Below are positions 1 through 19,918 of a stretch of DNA of 64,000 bases, piece by piece (position 1 is the first letter of the stretch; the number at the start of each line of letters is the position of its first letter). This stretch comes from the human T2T-CHM13v2.0 reference genome, Homo sapiens. A model generated the notes under the pieces. The model was not told the origin of the DNA and ran no database searches. It saw only the letters and a list, made by a program, of their open reading frames with translations. The DNA lies in NCBI RefSeq assembly GCF_009914755.1, contig NC_060926.1. One strand, 5' to 3'. The translations under genes were made by a program, and so were the position numbers.

Positions 1-700
<700 letters not shown>

Positions 701-744
701 CCTTCCACAGGTGAATCATTCCTACTTCCATATTGGAGTTGGGG

Positions 745-990
745 GCTCACTCTGTTGCCCAGGCCGGAATGCAGTGGTGCAATCATGGCTCACTGCAGCC
801 TGGAACCCCTGGGCTCAAGGAATTTGATCATGCAGCCTCAACCTCCTGAGTAGCTAGTACTACAGGCACATGCCACAATGCCCAGCTAATTTCTTCTTCG
901 GGTTTTGCTACGTTGCCCAGACTGGTCTCAAACTCCTGGCCTCAGGCAATCCTCCAGCCTCAGACTCCTGAGTCACTGGGCTTACAGGCC
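745..990 (-). mobile_element. AluJ, degenerate
   Basis: Diverged antisense Alu motifs (ctcactctgttgcccagg...ctcaaactcctggcctc). Confidence 0.8.
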
Positions 991-1158
991 CCACTTTCTT
1001 CAACTGTTCTCGTTATTATGTGGTTCAGGGCCTCTCACCCCATGACACAGTTTGACTCATCACTGCCCTTCTTAAAGTAGGTAGTGTGGGAAAAATACGT
1101 GGAAAGGAATGTAGGATTTATAGTCAAAGTCTTATTCCTAAGTCTGGATATTCATCTT

Positions 1159-1547
1159 TGTATTAGTCCATTCTCACACTGCTAATAAAGACATACCTGA
1201 GACTGGGTGATTTATAAAGGAAAGACTCACAGCTGACTGTGACTGACTCACAGCTCATCATGGCTAGGGAGGCCTCAGGAAACTTACAATCATGGCAGAA
1301 GGGGAAGCAAACACGTCCTTCACATGGCAGTAGCAAGGATAAGTGCTGAGCAAAAGGAGGAAAAGCCCCTTATAAAACCACCAGATCTCATGAGAACTCA
1401 CTGATTATCATGAGAACAGCAGCATGGGGGTAACGGTTCCCATGATTCAATTACCTCCCACTGGGTCCCTCCCATGACACGTGGTGGGGATTATGGGAAC
1501 TACAATTCAAGATGAGATTTGGGTGGGGACACAGCCAAATCATATCA
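1159..1547 (-). mobile_element. THE1 (THE1D-like) MaLR solo LTR inserted in a MIR-like element
   Basis: tgtattagtccattctcacactgct...ggggacacagccaaatcatatca termini; perfect 5-bp TSD ATCTT at 1154-1158 and 1548-1552. Confidence 0.9.
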
Positions 1548-2554
1548 ATCTTCAAAATAAGGAATACTGCCCCACTTTGCAGAGTCAATTTGGGAATTAA
1601 GGTAATATACCTTAAGGTAAGTGCTTGAGAACTAAAAAGAGATGCATGTATACTTTTACCGGAAGCTGGAGAAGGTGGGGCTTCCACTTGAAATGGTGTT
1701 GGCACCTAATGGTGATCCTCTCACACCCAATTTTGGTTTCCGCTACTAAAGTAGGAAGTTTTACTTTCAGAATTGGATGACGGCCACTCACAATGTTTGG
1801 TAGTTTATGATTTCCTGGCATTTGTTGTTTGGGAAAAGAGATCTGGGTGTTCCACCTGAACCGCCCCAGAGGCAGTGCTGCTCCTCCAGCTGGTGAGAGC
1901 TCTGGGTGGCTGCAACCCACAGTCCCTGTCCACCTGTCTTCCCCCAGGGACAGGCACATCTGGCACCAGTGGGTGCCACCCTAGGATGGGTGCCTAGAGT
2001 GGTTTCCTAGGGTTCACTGTAAGAAGGATCCAGGCTGAGAGCGCCCAAAGAGAAGGCAGAAGGGGACCAGAGGCTATGGGACAGGCAGTGGAGATCAACC
2101 ACAGGGGCTCGGAGGGCCACACCCAGGTCCCCACAGCCTCTCCTTTCCTCCTGGCACAAGGGTTGCCCTCTCTGTCTCTCCATTCAAGACTTGCCCCACC
2201 TCCCAAATCACCTTCCTGGAGCCTTGAACTGAATAGCATCTTCACCTTCCTCTGTCAAGCACTGCATGCTTGGTGCATGCCAAGCTTGGCACTGGGAAGG
2301 AGCAGGACAGATCAATTGCCTCAAAACACATGGTCCTTGATGGCACAGGATACAAGGCAGCCAGCAAAAGGGATTGTTATAATCATGGCAACACCACCAA
2401 TACCTGTGTGTCCATGGACGAAGAACTCTGCAAAATGCAAACCATCATTGGGTAGGAAGTGTGATCACAAGGGAACTTCTTTCTTCTTTACAATTTATTG
2501 AACATTTATATACATTTTTACCTGTTACATAAACAGTATGACTTAGTTAATATT

Positions 2555-3252
<698 letters not shown>

Positions 3253-4124
3253 CATTTAATATTTTCATAATAAAACTTGAAAAGATCACAAGTATGTGAC
3301 TATGTTCATCCATAAAAATGTAAGTGCACTATTAATACTAAATGAAAAGGAATAAAAAAAAGGGCAGAACAGGAAGCTGTGCAGCCAACCTGACAGCCAG
3401 GAGAGCATGCTTTTTGATAAACATCAAAGAGCCATGGAAGCAGCAGGAATTTTCCAAGATTTTTATACTTCTTTCTACATAAAGTAGAATAGATACATCA
3501 TAGTGATTCAAAGTTGAAAATCAAGGATCTAGCAAATCCTTCTGAGGTAACATCCCCTTGCCTTCTGTGCTGCCTTCCAGGAGGCAAGCACATGGGAATT
3601 GCTGAGCCAGTCCAAAACAATCCTCCCCTTCTGTTTCCATGGCAATGAGGCCAGCCAGGGGCAGCAGCAGAAGATGCCAGGAGAGAACAGAGAATATTCT
3701 GGGTCAAAGTCTTTGTTGAAGCTAAGGTGGTGCATTTGGAGACCCCATTTCTCCATCCTGCAGAAGGTAAGGGGAAAGTACCCCCCTTCCCATTTCTGGC
3801 TGCACAGGGAATGCCCCAGGGGTAGGGCTCTTCCGGGTACCAGACACAGTCTAGAAAAGCAGGAAGCCTGGTTCTAAGTCTGATGTCAGTCTAACTGCCA
3901 AACCTACCTGCACTTTTATTTCCAGGGTTAAACTCAAAGGGCAGGGCTTACTTAGATAGCACTATTGTTCCAGGGAGGCCTGAAATCTCTGGTGGACATG
4001 AATATTCTACAGGAAGGGACCCATGGCTCCCACCTGCATCTTTCTGTTGTGGATTGGAAAATGTTTGTTCGATGTGTATGGAAGGAGGTGACAGATTGTA
4101 GGCCCTTGAGCGTTTCCTTTATTC

Positions 4125-4951
<827 letters not shown>

Positions 4952-5092
4952 TTGTTCCCCTGTTCTTCAGGGCAACACATCCCAAGGATGTGACTCCTGT
5001 GTGGCTGTGACCTGTGTGCAGTTGGTGCAGTGGGGTGGTAGTGAGGGCAGAGGCACTGAGCAAGGTGAAGAGGAGGGGAGGCCCAGCACCAC

Positions 5093-5938
5093 TGGGGGAA
5101 TCCAGAATGTGTCACCCCAGGATATGTCTCTTTGACATAACTACTTTTGAGCTAAAGGCAATTAAGAAGCAGCAAATGGGCCGGGTGTGGTGGCTTACAC
5201 CTGTAATCCCAGCACTTTGTGAGGCTGAGACAGGTGGATCACTTGAGGTCAGGAGTTCGAGACCAGCCTGGCCAACATGGTGAAACCCCATCTCTACTAA
5301 AAATACAAAAATTAGCTGGGTGTGGTGGCACACACCCGTAATCCCAGCTACTCAGGAGGCTGAGACAGAAGAATCACTTGAACCCAGGAGGAGGAGGTTA
5401 CAGTGAGCCAAGATCGCGCCATTGCAATCCAGCCTGGGCGACAGAGCGAGACTTTGTCTCAAAAAAATTAAATTAAATTAAATTAAATTTTTAAAAAAGA
5501 AGCAGGAAATGGAGAAAGAGCTCTTTCTGTCCTCCCCACTTTTCCACCTGAAGACAGGATACAAATTCTTCTTTACCGGAGACAGCTCTTACCAGATTAG
5601 AGAGGGCACCAGAGGAAGCTGCCAACAAATCTTGCCCCATTAGTGTACTTTCATATATTTACCTTCCCACAGTTTCCTGCCCTCGGAAGCCTAGAACTGC
5701 TTTGCTTTGTCTTGTCACATCTCCAAAGTATATTGTTCTTTTTGAAGATGGTTTATAGGGCAGAGTTCTAAGCCACTGCTTTGAGTTACCTTTCATCAAG
5801 GTTTCTCCCACGAGATGTGCAGTGCACATGTTAATACACTTGCTTGTTTTTTCTTTGTTAATCTGTCTTCTGTTAAAGGGCTGTCTCCCAACCATGAACT
5901 TGTGAGGGTTGAGGAGAAGTGCTGTTTTCTCCCTGACA
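5093..5938 (+). mobile_element. MER34-family ERV1 LTR, interrupted by an Alu
   Basis: 5' end ccagaatgtgtcaccccaggatatgtctctttgacataa...ttttgagctaaaggcaattaagaag resembles recalled MER34; ends ttttctccctgaca. Confidence 0.65.
5179..5498 (+). mobile_element. AluS
   Basis: Full dimer; TSD aagaagcagcaaatg / aagaagcaggaaatg. Confidence 0.93.
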
Positions 5939-6320
5939 GCTGAATGTGTGCCTGCCCTCTGACTAGGGGGAAATGGAAAGGGGATGTGGCTAATCCTATT
6001 CTCATAAGTTCTTCACATTCGCTGTCGCATGATAAGGGTGTCCCAGAGCAGAAGACACAATGGGGAGTCGCAGAGCCCAGCATGGAAAGGAAAGACAAAA
6101 CCACATCACTGTGTTGCTGATACACCAGACAGGACCAGAAAGGAGGCATTGAATGGTCAGTCTCCAAGCCATAGGATTTCCAGAAGAAGGTGGGAGAGGA
6201 GACGCTGGGCTGCAGAAATCACTGAGCCAACCAGACAGAGCATGGGGGGCGAGCACGTTCAGGGGCCCAGAACCTGGGCTCACCAAAGGGTCTGACTGAG
6301 AATCTTACTCTACTCACGCA

Positions 6321-6668
<348 letters not shown>

Positions 6669-6744
6669 TCTATGTTTCAACACTCACCTATTGCTCATGA
6701 CACTCCTCTGAAGTGAGTAGGATCCCCAGCTTCCATAGGAGGTA

Positions 6745-6960
6745 ATAACAGTGGAAAGAACACAGGCCTGGCATGGGACAGCCCCAGGTCTGAACCCCAA
6801 CTCTGACACAGTAGCTCAGTGACCCGGACAAGGCGCTCGTTCCCTCTAAGCCTCAGTTACCTGGTCTGGAAGATGGAGATGAGAGACCTCCTCACTGGGG
6901 TATTGTGAGCATCGACCTTACCAATGTGGGGAAAGTGCCAGCACTCAGTAAGTGGTGGCA
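6745..6960 (+). mobile_element. MIR
   Basis: MIR core-like ctctaagcctcagttacctggtctggaagatggagat. Confidence 0.55.
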
Positions 6961-7949
6961 ACAAGGATTATTCCTGTTCCTCAGAGAGGCGGAGTAACCA
7001 CAAGGCAGAACTGGGACTTGAGCACGGCCAGCAGACCCAAGTCACGGGAAAATTGCCAAGAATGGGCACCCTGGTACAAAGCAAGGAATGTGACGGCATA
7101 AGCAGGGGGCTGGCCCCCGAATCACCTTCACAGGGAGCCCGGGCCTATTTCAGGGTCCTCTGTGGGGACGGAAGCAGAAACAATACTCAGGCCAGTATAG
7201 GGGCCAGGACTTCATGGGGCTCAGGGGTTTTAGGCAATTCCAAAAGGTTGTCACCAGCTATTGAATAAAATTGGTCACCCTCGGTTCCAAAGCAGAAGGG
7301 CTAATGTGCCGTAACATATTGAATGGATTCAGTGTCTTTCTGCAAAGGAGATCAAAGCACTTCAAAATCATTTCCTGCACACTCTCCTGAGAAGCAGCCA
7401 GGGAGGAAAACCTGTTTCATCTACGAGATACGCTTGGTGTCAGTCACCATCTCTGAGATTGTAGAATTCTTTCTGTTTCCAAAAGGCTTTGGCATGCCGC
7501 CTCAGTGGCACCTTGGGAGGTAGACCGGTGGGACTGACCCATTTTACAGACAGGTAAGTGGGAGCCCAGGGAGCCTGGGAGCCTTTCCCAAGTGAGGACT
7601 TGCCCCTCGCAGATGGCCACAGCACACTGGCATATCCATGGCCCACTGTGAAACCCACACAGACCACAACAGGGCCAGGTCCTGGAAGACCAGGATGAGG
7701 TTGGCCTTTGAATCAACAGCTCACAACAGTGCCGCAAATGCCCCACTCTCTGAACTCCAGGAGCCGGTGCCTAAGTACAATGGAAGTGGCCTCCTGGGCC
7801 TCTGAAGCCTGAATGACAGGCAGATCCCCCAGCCACTCTAAGTCTCACACTGGGGAGGCATCCTCCCTGCATTGCTGAGTCTGCTATTTTCTCCTTCCCG
7901 TGGCACCCCCATACTCCTCCTGTGCCCTCAATCCCTCCCCCTCCATTCA

Positions 7950-8270
7950 CCCCGGGCTCTTGTTCAGTCCCCCACACCTCTATCTCCCTTCTGCTCTGGG
8001 CTTCTTGCATCTTTTAAGGACATTTCTCCTTGTCTACAAATGTGGCCATGTCCTCCCACCTGGGAAAAACCTTCCCCAGACCCTGTCATCCATCAGCTTA
8101 GTCACTGCCCACTGCCCCTCCCACCCCCTCCTCTCCTGACACGCTTCCCCTGGATTGATCTACGTGATCACTTCTAGTTTTTTCCTACACGCTACTGAGT
8201 CCTCCAAGCAGACTTTCACCCTAACCCTTTACTGCCGTTGCTCACCAATCACCATTCCCATTCTCCTAAA
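7950..8270 (+). mobile_element. L2 ORF2 remnant
   Basis: Pyrimidine-rich; tacaaatgtggccatgtcctcccacctgggaaaaaccttccccagaccc resembles the L2 ORF2 'HAQVSPILKKPSLDP' region. Confidence 0.45.
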
Positions 8271-8736
8271 TAATAACTGCTGCATACTGAGGAGTCTACA
8301 GCCGCAGGTGCTATGCCATCCACCTTAAAATGACCTTGTGAGATGGGTACTGTTAAGCCAGGTTACAGACAAGGCAATGGAGGCTCACAGTAAGCATCTG
8401 GGTTCAAGTTCCCAACAGTCCAAGTCTAAAGCCAGGGCTTCTCCTCCTGGCCTCAGCCTTCACTATGTGCCTGGCATAGGTAGACCTCAGCCCTCCCCTT
8501 CCTCCAGCACCCACCTTCTGCCTCCACCCATGCATGTCCCGAGCTTCTTCCTTCATCGCTCTCGCCTCACTCCTCCACTCTCCCCTGGCTTCAGCCAAGA
8601 CTCTCTGAGATGGTCCCCAAGCCCACCCCTCTGGCTCCAATCCCTGTCCCAGATTTGAGGTTTATGTTTCTAAATCCAGGAGGTCTCAGCTCCTTGGCTG
8701 CTCAACTTCCTGGGCTCTTCCAATACCATGTTGCTA

Positions 8737-9028
<292 letters not shown>

Positions 9029-9905
9029 CAATACAATGTTTCTAAACTCAGACCCTTCGTCTTCTCCTCAAACCAGTCTCCATCTTGCAGCTTTTCCAAG
9101 AAGCTTCTTCCTTGACTTCTGACAAGGATGCTGGAATTCTCAGGCATCTTGGGCTTTTCTACAAGCCTGGTCCTCCCACAAAAGCATCATTCTTCCTATT
9201 TCTCTCAAAACAGTGGCTTCCTTCCTCACCTCCTCTCCTCACAACTGATCTACTGTCGTAGAACTTGCAAGGCCCCGGGGTGACCTCCAGCTCTGAATCC
9301 TCACATCTCCTGTACAAGTCCTGGAACTGACCTTCTTGGAGGTGGGCCAAAGGAACCCATTCCTCAGTGCTGGCCTCCCAACATAACCCCAGCTCCCCAA
9401 CTTGGGCGCCACACCCACCAAATCCCTCTACGGAAACAGCCATCTGCCCTGGACTGGCCTCCAGCTAGTCTGTGAATTCGCTTCTCCTGAGCCACTGGCT
9501 TCACCATCCATGGCCGGCCAGGGATTCTGAAGTCTGATAGCTTCAGCTCAAAGGGAGAGCTGGAACTCACTCACTCACTCACCTCCTCCGCAAACATCTA
9601 TTGGGTTAATCGGAGGGTTTACCGTGGGATTCTGTAGGCGCCTGTAGAAACAGAATTCCAGGCCGGGCGCGGTGGCTCACGTCTGTAATCCCAGCATTTT
9701 GGGAGGCCGAGGTGGGCGGATCACGAGGTCAGGAGATCGAGACCATACTGGCTAACGCGGTGAAACCCCGTCTCTACTAAAAACACAAAAAATTAGCCGG
9801 GCGCGGTGGCGGGCACCTGTAAACCCACCTACTCGGGAGGCTGACGCAGGAGAACGGCTGGAACCCGGGAGGCGGAGCTTGCAGTGAGTGGAGATCAGGC
9901 CACTG

Positions 9906-11204
9906 TGAGAGGTGACAGCGTGCTGGCAGTCCTCGCAGCCCTGGCTCGCTCTCCGCGCCTCCTCTGCTTGGGCTCCCACTTTGGTGGCACTTGAGGGGCT
10001 CTTCAGCCCACCGCTGCACTGTGGGAGCCCCTTTCTGGGCTGGCCAAGGCCGGAGCTGGCTCCCTCAGCTTGCGGGGAGGTGTGGAGGGAGAGGCGCGGG
10101 CGGGAACCGGGGCTGCGCGCGGTGCTGCGGGCCAGAGCGAGTTCCGGGTAGGCGTGGGCTCGGTGGGCCCAGCATTCAGAGTGGCCGGCCGGCCCTGCCG
10201 GCGCCGGGCTGTGAGGGGCTTAGCACCTGGGCCAGCAGCTGCTGTGTTCAATTTGTCACCGGGCCTTAGCTGCCTTCCCGCGGGGCAGGGCTCGGGACCT
10301 GCAGCCCGCCATGCCTGAGCCTCCCCCCGCCCATCGACCACCCAGGGGCTGACGAGTGAGGGCGCACGGCCCGGGACTGGCAGGCAGCTCCACCTGCAGC
10401 CCTGGTGCGGGATCCACTGGGTGAAGCCAGCTGGGCTCCTGAGTCTGGCGGGGACTTGGAGAACCTTTATGTCTAGCTAAGGGATTGTAAATACACCAAT
10501 CGGCACTCTGTATCTACCTCAAGGTTTGTAAACACACCAATCAGCACCCTGTGTCTAGCTCAGGGTTTGTGAATGCACCAATCGACACTCTGTATCTAGC
10601 TACTCTGGTGGGGACTTGGAGAACTTTTGTGTCTAGCTCAGGGATTGTAAACGCACCAATCAGCACCCTGTCAAAACGGACCAATCAGCTCTCTGTAAAA
10701 CCGACCAGTCGGCTCTCTGTAAAATGGACCAATCAGCAGGATGTGGGTGGGGCCAGATAAGGGAATAAAAGCAGGCTGCGGGAGGTAGCAGTGGTAACGC
10801 GGTGGGGTTGATCTTCCATGGTGTGAAGACTTCGTTCTTTCGCTCTTTGCAATGACTCTTGGTGCTACTCACTCTGGGTTCACGCTGCCTTTATGAGTTG
10901 TGAGACTCACCGCGAAGGTCTGTAGCTTCACAGCTGAAGCCATCGAGACCACGAACCCACCAGGAGGAACGAACAACTCCAGAAGCACCGCCTTAAAAGC
11001 TGTAACACCCACCGCGAAGATCTGCAGGTTCACTCCTGAGCTGCCGAGACCACGAACCCACCGGAAGAAAGAAACTCCGAACACATCCGAACATGAGAAA
11101 TAACAAACTCCAGATACGCGTCTTTTAAGAACTGTAGCAATCACCGTGAGGGTCCGCGGCTTCATTCTTGAAGTGAGACCAAGAACCCACCAATTCCGGA
11201 CACA
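9906..11204 (+). mobile_element. LTR12 (ERV9, LTR12C-like) solo LTR
   Basis: TGAGAGGTGACAGCGTGCTGGCAGTCCTC start, CAATTCCGGACACA end, 4-bp TSD ACTG (9902-9905 / 11205-11208), tandem CCAAT repeats, U5 repeats. Confidence 0.95.
10490..10800 (+). promoter_or_regulatory. LTR12 U3 promoter: CCAAT (NF-Y) array, GATA site, AATAAA TATA-like box at 10764-10769
   Basis: Multiple accaatc repeats followed by gggtggggccagataagggaataaaag; established ERV9 promoter layout. Confidence 0.75.
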
Positions 11205-11243
11205 ACTGCCCTCCAGCCTGGGCGACAGAGCGAGACTCCGTCT

Positions 11244-11276
<33 letters not shown>

Positions 11277-11339
11277 AGAAACAATCCCACCCAGCTTTAG
11301 CAAGTCGGAGGAGGTGAGGCCCACTTTTCTACTTTCCTG

Positions 11340-11482
11340 ATTGGAAGGAGAAGGAAGTGCACAGGCAGAGCGGGAGGCGGGGGGGCCGCCGGGTGGGGGG
11401 CGCCGGGGCGGGGGCGCCTGCCAGGCCCAAGGGCAGTGAGGGAGCAGCTGGACTGAGTAGAGAATTGCGGCGGGGTGGGGGG
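11340..11482. promoter_or_regulatory. GC-box / G-quadruplex-prone patch with an ETS-like GGAAGT
   Basis: gggaggcgggggggccgccgggtggggggcgccggggcgggggcg: at least five G3+ runs and Sp1-type boxes. Confidence 0.5.
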
Positions 11483-11630
11483 AGTTTTTTTTGTTTGTTG
11501 TTTCTTTACGTGTGTGCGTGTTTCAGAAGTGAAGACCAGAATTAGAGTGGTTATCTAAAGACAGATTTGAATCTGGGGTTTAGAAGAAAACAGCGGTGTT
11601 ACAAATGAAAACAAAATGGGTCCTGTCTGA

Positions 11631-12248
<618 letters not shown>

Positions 12249-12992
12249 TGACTGTACTTTTTAAACTGCTATAATATTTTGAGGGGCAGGTTAGAGGAGT
12301 CATAAGCCTTAGTCCTAAAGAGCTTGTGTTACTTCAAGCATCAGTCACATAGGGGAGGGGACAGAGGATGGTCTCAAGTGTTCTGAAATCACTCTAATGT
12401 ACGTAGAGGGGCCAACCAGAAGAGGGAAGCTATAGTGTCTAAAGAGTTCCTGAGCCTCTGATAAGGGGAGAGCATGTGACAACAGTGAAAATCCATTTAA
12501 TGCCAAGGGGGTGGGGGGATTTAGAATTACTTGCCTGAGAAGCAACATCATCTCAGGTGGCAGCCAAGCCTTCATACTGGAAGCAGAGAAGAACCGCCTC
12601 CTCCCTAGTGATGCAGGGCTAGGGGCAGGATGGGCTGGCCTCTCTCCTAGGCACAGGCTGAGCCCTGCAGCCCCTCCCATGGGAGGAGCTGGCTATTTCC
12701 CTCCACCCTAGTGCTTTCAGGAACTCAGCCAGGCCCAGGCTCCCTCCCCTTCTCACCTTCCAGCTCTGCCGTAGGTCTGAGCTTCTGCCACAGTGGCCTC
12801 ATTTCCCTTCTCATGCCCAACAGGTGCCCCAGGGCTCTGACCCACAGGTCACTTTATACAGAATCGTGCATTGCAAATTGTTTTTTCTATGTCCAGGAGA
12901 TTCAAGAGTCATCTCAAATATGATTTGAACGGGAGTTTCTTTGAATTCATTATTGGTAACTGGCTAATCAATAAAATTCCCCCTGGACATGA

Positions 12993-13361
<369 letters not shown>

Positions 13362-14972
13362 TTACGGAGGTTTTCTTCATGACTTGTTTCCTTTTCTTCA
13401 TTTCATGCTCCAGTTTCATTATTTTAGTGAATTTGAGCTGAGAGTAGCTCCAAACCACATAATGAAGAATATTCTACTTCAATTACAGTTACCCATTGTT
13501 CTGTGGGGTCTGGGGTGCATGGATAAAGATATTAACCTGGCTTCATAATGATGGCAAGAGGGGAAAGGGACGTAGATTTCAACTGGTCTGGGTTCATGTG
13601 TGTACACACACACGCACACGAGCACATAAGCCTTATTAAGATGCACTGTGGAATAATACAAAGGTACAGGGAGAACAGGCGTATTTACAGGCTGTAAGTG
13701 GGAATGTAATGTAACATTTTCTATACCAAAACCCTTAAAAATATGAGTACCCAACAATTCTGTCATCAGATTTCCCTTAAGGAAATTAGACAAGGATACT
13801 AAGATGGATATTCAAAAATGTTTGTTCCAGATTGTTTATAATAGCAAAAAAATGCAAACAACTTGAAAGTCCGGAAATAATCTGAGTTCTTAATTGGAAG
13901 CAACAGAAATCATTGCTAAGGTAGACAGGAAAGGGTTTTATTAAAAGGACAGGATATGGCTTTAGGTGGTGTAGCCAGGAAGAGCGGGTGCCTGAAAGCC
14001 TGGGCAGGACTGGGGCAGTGGACTCACTTCTACAGTGTGCACCTCCAATCCTACAGGCGCCAAACACTGCGTATCACCACCAGCCCCACGGCCACCAGCT
14101 GCTCAGGGATGTGCCATCTTGCTGAAGCCTCTGCCTCTGCCAGACTGGGTTCCTCCAGGGCCTCTGCTTTTGCACCCCCAGCTCCTAGTTCCAAGCCTGG
14201 TGTGGGTGCATGTGATGGGCAGGGACTGGATCCCATGCCTGTAAGCTAGTGACAAGAGAGTCAGGAAAACTGACGTGGGGCTTTCAGCAACTACAGTGGG
14301 AGGCTTCCACTAGAAGGGAATTGGGATGCTGAGAAGCTAAAGAGACTGACAAATGTGCACTAGATTAAGAAATAGAAAAATAAATTACGATACCTGAATA
14401 CAAGTGAGATATTGTAAGGGAGCAGAATCTAAATCTACAAACTTGGTTTTTCTATCGATACATGATTTTTATTCCAAGTGCTCAGCTGGAGTGGGAGTAG
14501 TTATGGCAAATTAATCTCAGGGAGTTGTGATTCTTCTGTGGGGTGTATCTAAATTTTGGGGTCTTACACAGTGCAACAGCAAGGACCCTCTGCTGTAAAT
14601 TGGCTTATTGTGATGAGACAGTCTATCGTCCCACCCTGACAGCTGGGCTTGGGCTGGGGAAAGGCACAGGGCACCCTTGCTTTAGTATCCACATGAGCTG
14701 TGCTGCTGCACGCTCCTCCCTCCTGCTCTTGCTCTCCTCCACCCACACCTGGAAGCCTTTATCTAGTGCCAAGCATGAGGACTTGCTCAGACTCATATTC
14801 TGCCAAATCTATTGATTATGCCTGAGTTCTTTCTGCTCTCCCCAGGGGCGCAGCTAGACCATGCCCAGCCATATTCATCTCTTTTATGGGGCAGTGAATA
14901 GAGAATGCCCTGGTTGACTGACCTGGGAAAGAACCGAGAAATTGGAGCAGACTTTTCAAAATAATATTCCTT

Positions 14973-15288
<316 letters not shown>

Positions 15289-15648
15289 CTATACCTATTG
15301 CTAATTTTTTTCCAGAAAGGTAAAATCATGACTCATACTAATACAAAATGAACACATCTTAAAGACTTTATTTAACTCGTTAACTACTGAGAGAACCAGT
15401 AAGATATAAAAACTGTTTCCGCGGAGAATCCAAAAAAACAAACACGTATGTAGATGACCAGGAATGCGGAAATGAATTACTAAGAGATGGCCTCTTTCAC
15501 TGAATGAAATGAATTGCATCTTTAATGGGAAATGTATTTACATGTTTATAAGCTGGAATAATTTGCAATCACAGACAATGAAAGGTGCAGACCATATAGA
15601 ATCAGATAACCCGGTAAAGTCTAAGCCTTGCTTTCCACAGAAAAGATA

Positions 15649-16223
15649 TGTATTCATTTTCTAGGTCTGAGAATCACAACACAGAATGGGTTGGTTGGTT
15701 AGTATTTTTTGTAGAGACAGGGTCTCAGTATGTTGCCTAGGCAGGTCTCAAACTCCGGGGCTCAAGACATCCTACCTCAGCCTCCTAAAGTGCTGGGATT
15801 ATAGGCATGAGCCACCTCACCTGAACTGGGTGTTTAAAACAACAGAAATTTGTCTCAAAATTTTGGAGGCTAGAAGTGCAAAATCAAGGTGTTGGCAGGG
15901 CTTGGCTCGCTCTAGGCTCCAGGGAAGCCTCCTTCTTTGCCTCTTCTGGCTCCTGCTGGTTTCTGGCAATTCTTGGCTTCTCTGGCTTGTAGATGCATCA
16001 CTGCAATCTCTGCCTCCATAGACACGTGGCATTCTCCCCATGTCCAGATTTCCCACTTACTAGGACATCGGTCATATTGGATAAAGGCTCATTCTAATGA
16101 CCTCATCTTAACTTGATTAAATCTGCAAAGACCCTATTTCCAAATAAGGTCACATTCACAGTACTGAGGGTTAGGACTTCAATATATGTCACTTTGGGGA
16201 GTGACACAATTTAACCCATAAGA
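15649..16223 (-). mobile_element. MLT1 (MLT1C-like) MaLR LTR with a FLAM insert
   Basis: aaaatcaaggtgttggcaggg...ccctatttccaaataaggtcacattc...ggttaggacttcaa. Confidence 0.75.
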
Positions 16224-16233
16224 GTGTTAAAGA

Positions 16234-16922
<689 letters not shown>

Positions 16923-17231
16923 ATAGATACCCAGTAATCTTTTTGTCCGGTAAAACATTTTCTACAATTTTCCTGACTTCCCTTGCCCTCTTTTTGATCA
17001 TCATAATCTCCAAAACTTTTCTTGATGGCAATACACAAAACACCAGTCTCACTAGATATGTGCTAATTATTTACATGGGTGCAACAAGAATGTTAATCAC
17101 ATAAGCCTCTTTCTGTTTGCTTTGCAAATCCAGAGCCATATAGTATTAGCATCTAAGGCCAGAAAATTAACTTCTGTCTTTAGGTTTTCATTGGGAATCA
17201 AAGACTCAATTAATTAATTTGTTGATTTATT

Positions 17232-18597
<1,366 letters not shown>

Positions 18598-18834
18598 ATA
18601 AAAGCATATTATAGATAATGAGGACATTGAAACATTTCCAGAAACTTCCCCATAAAGAATACCAGTTTCTGAAATATTTATACATTTCCCATGCAACTCA
18701 GAATAGTAACACATCAAACTTATTTTTAGCACTTCCCTTTTTATAGGCAGAAAACCAGACAAATTTTGTGACTTTCCAGGGTGTCCTCTGGGAAATCTCA
18801 AAGATAGTTTTAGGTATAAAAGATATCTTTAGGC

Positions 18835-19918
<1,084 letters not shown>

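Larger units (their letters stand above)
9661..11275 (+). mobile_element. AluY split by an LTR12 (9661-9905 and 11205-11275)
   Basis: AluY diagnostics (gatcacgaggtcaggagatcgagacc, ggagcttgcagtgag); the Alu resumes after the LTR with its poly-A tail. Confidence 0.92.

Noticed and set aside
10490-11160. Regularly spaced repeats resembling a CRISPR array
   Set aside because: These are the known LTR12 U3 CCAAT and U5 tandem repeats; eukaryotic DNA, no unique spacers or cas genes
11305-11319. TCGGAGGAG shared between the post-LTR donor and the end of exon 1 (43866-43874)
   Set aside because: A 9-nt match is expected by chance in 64 kb; no flanking homology
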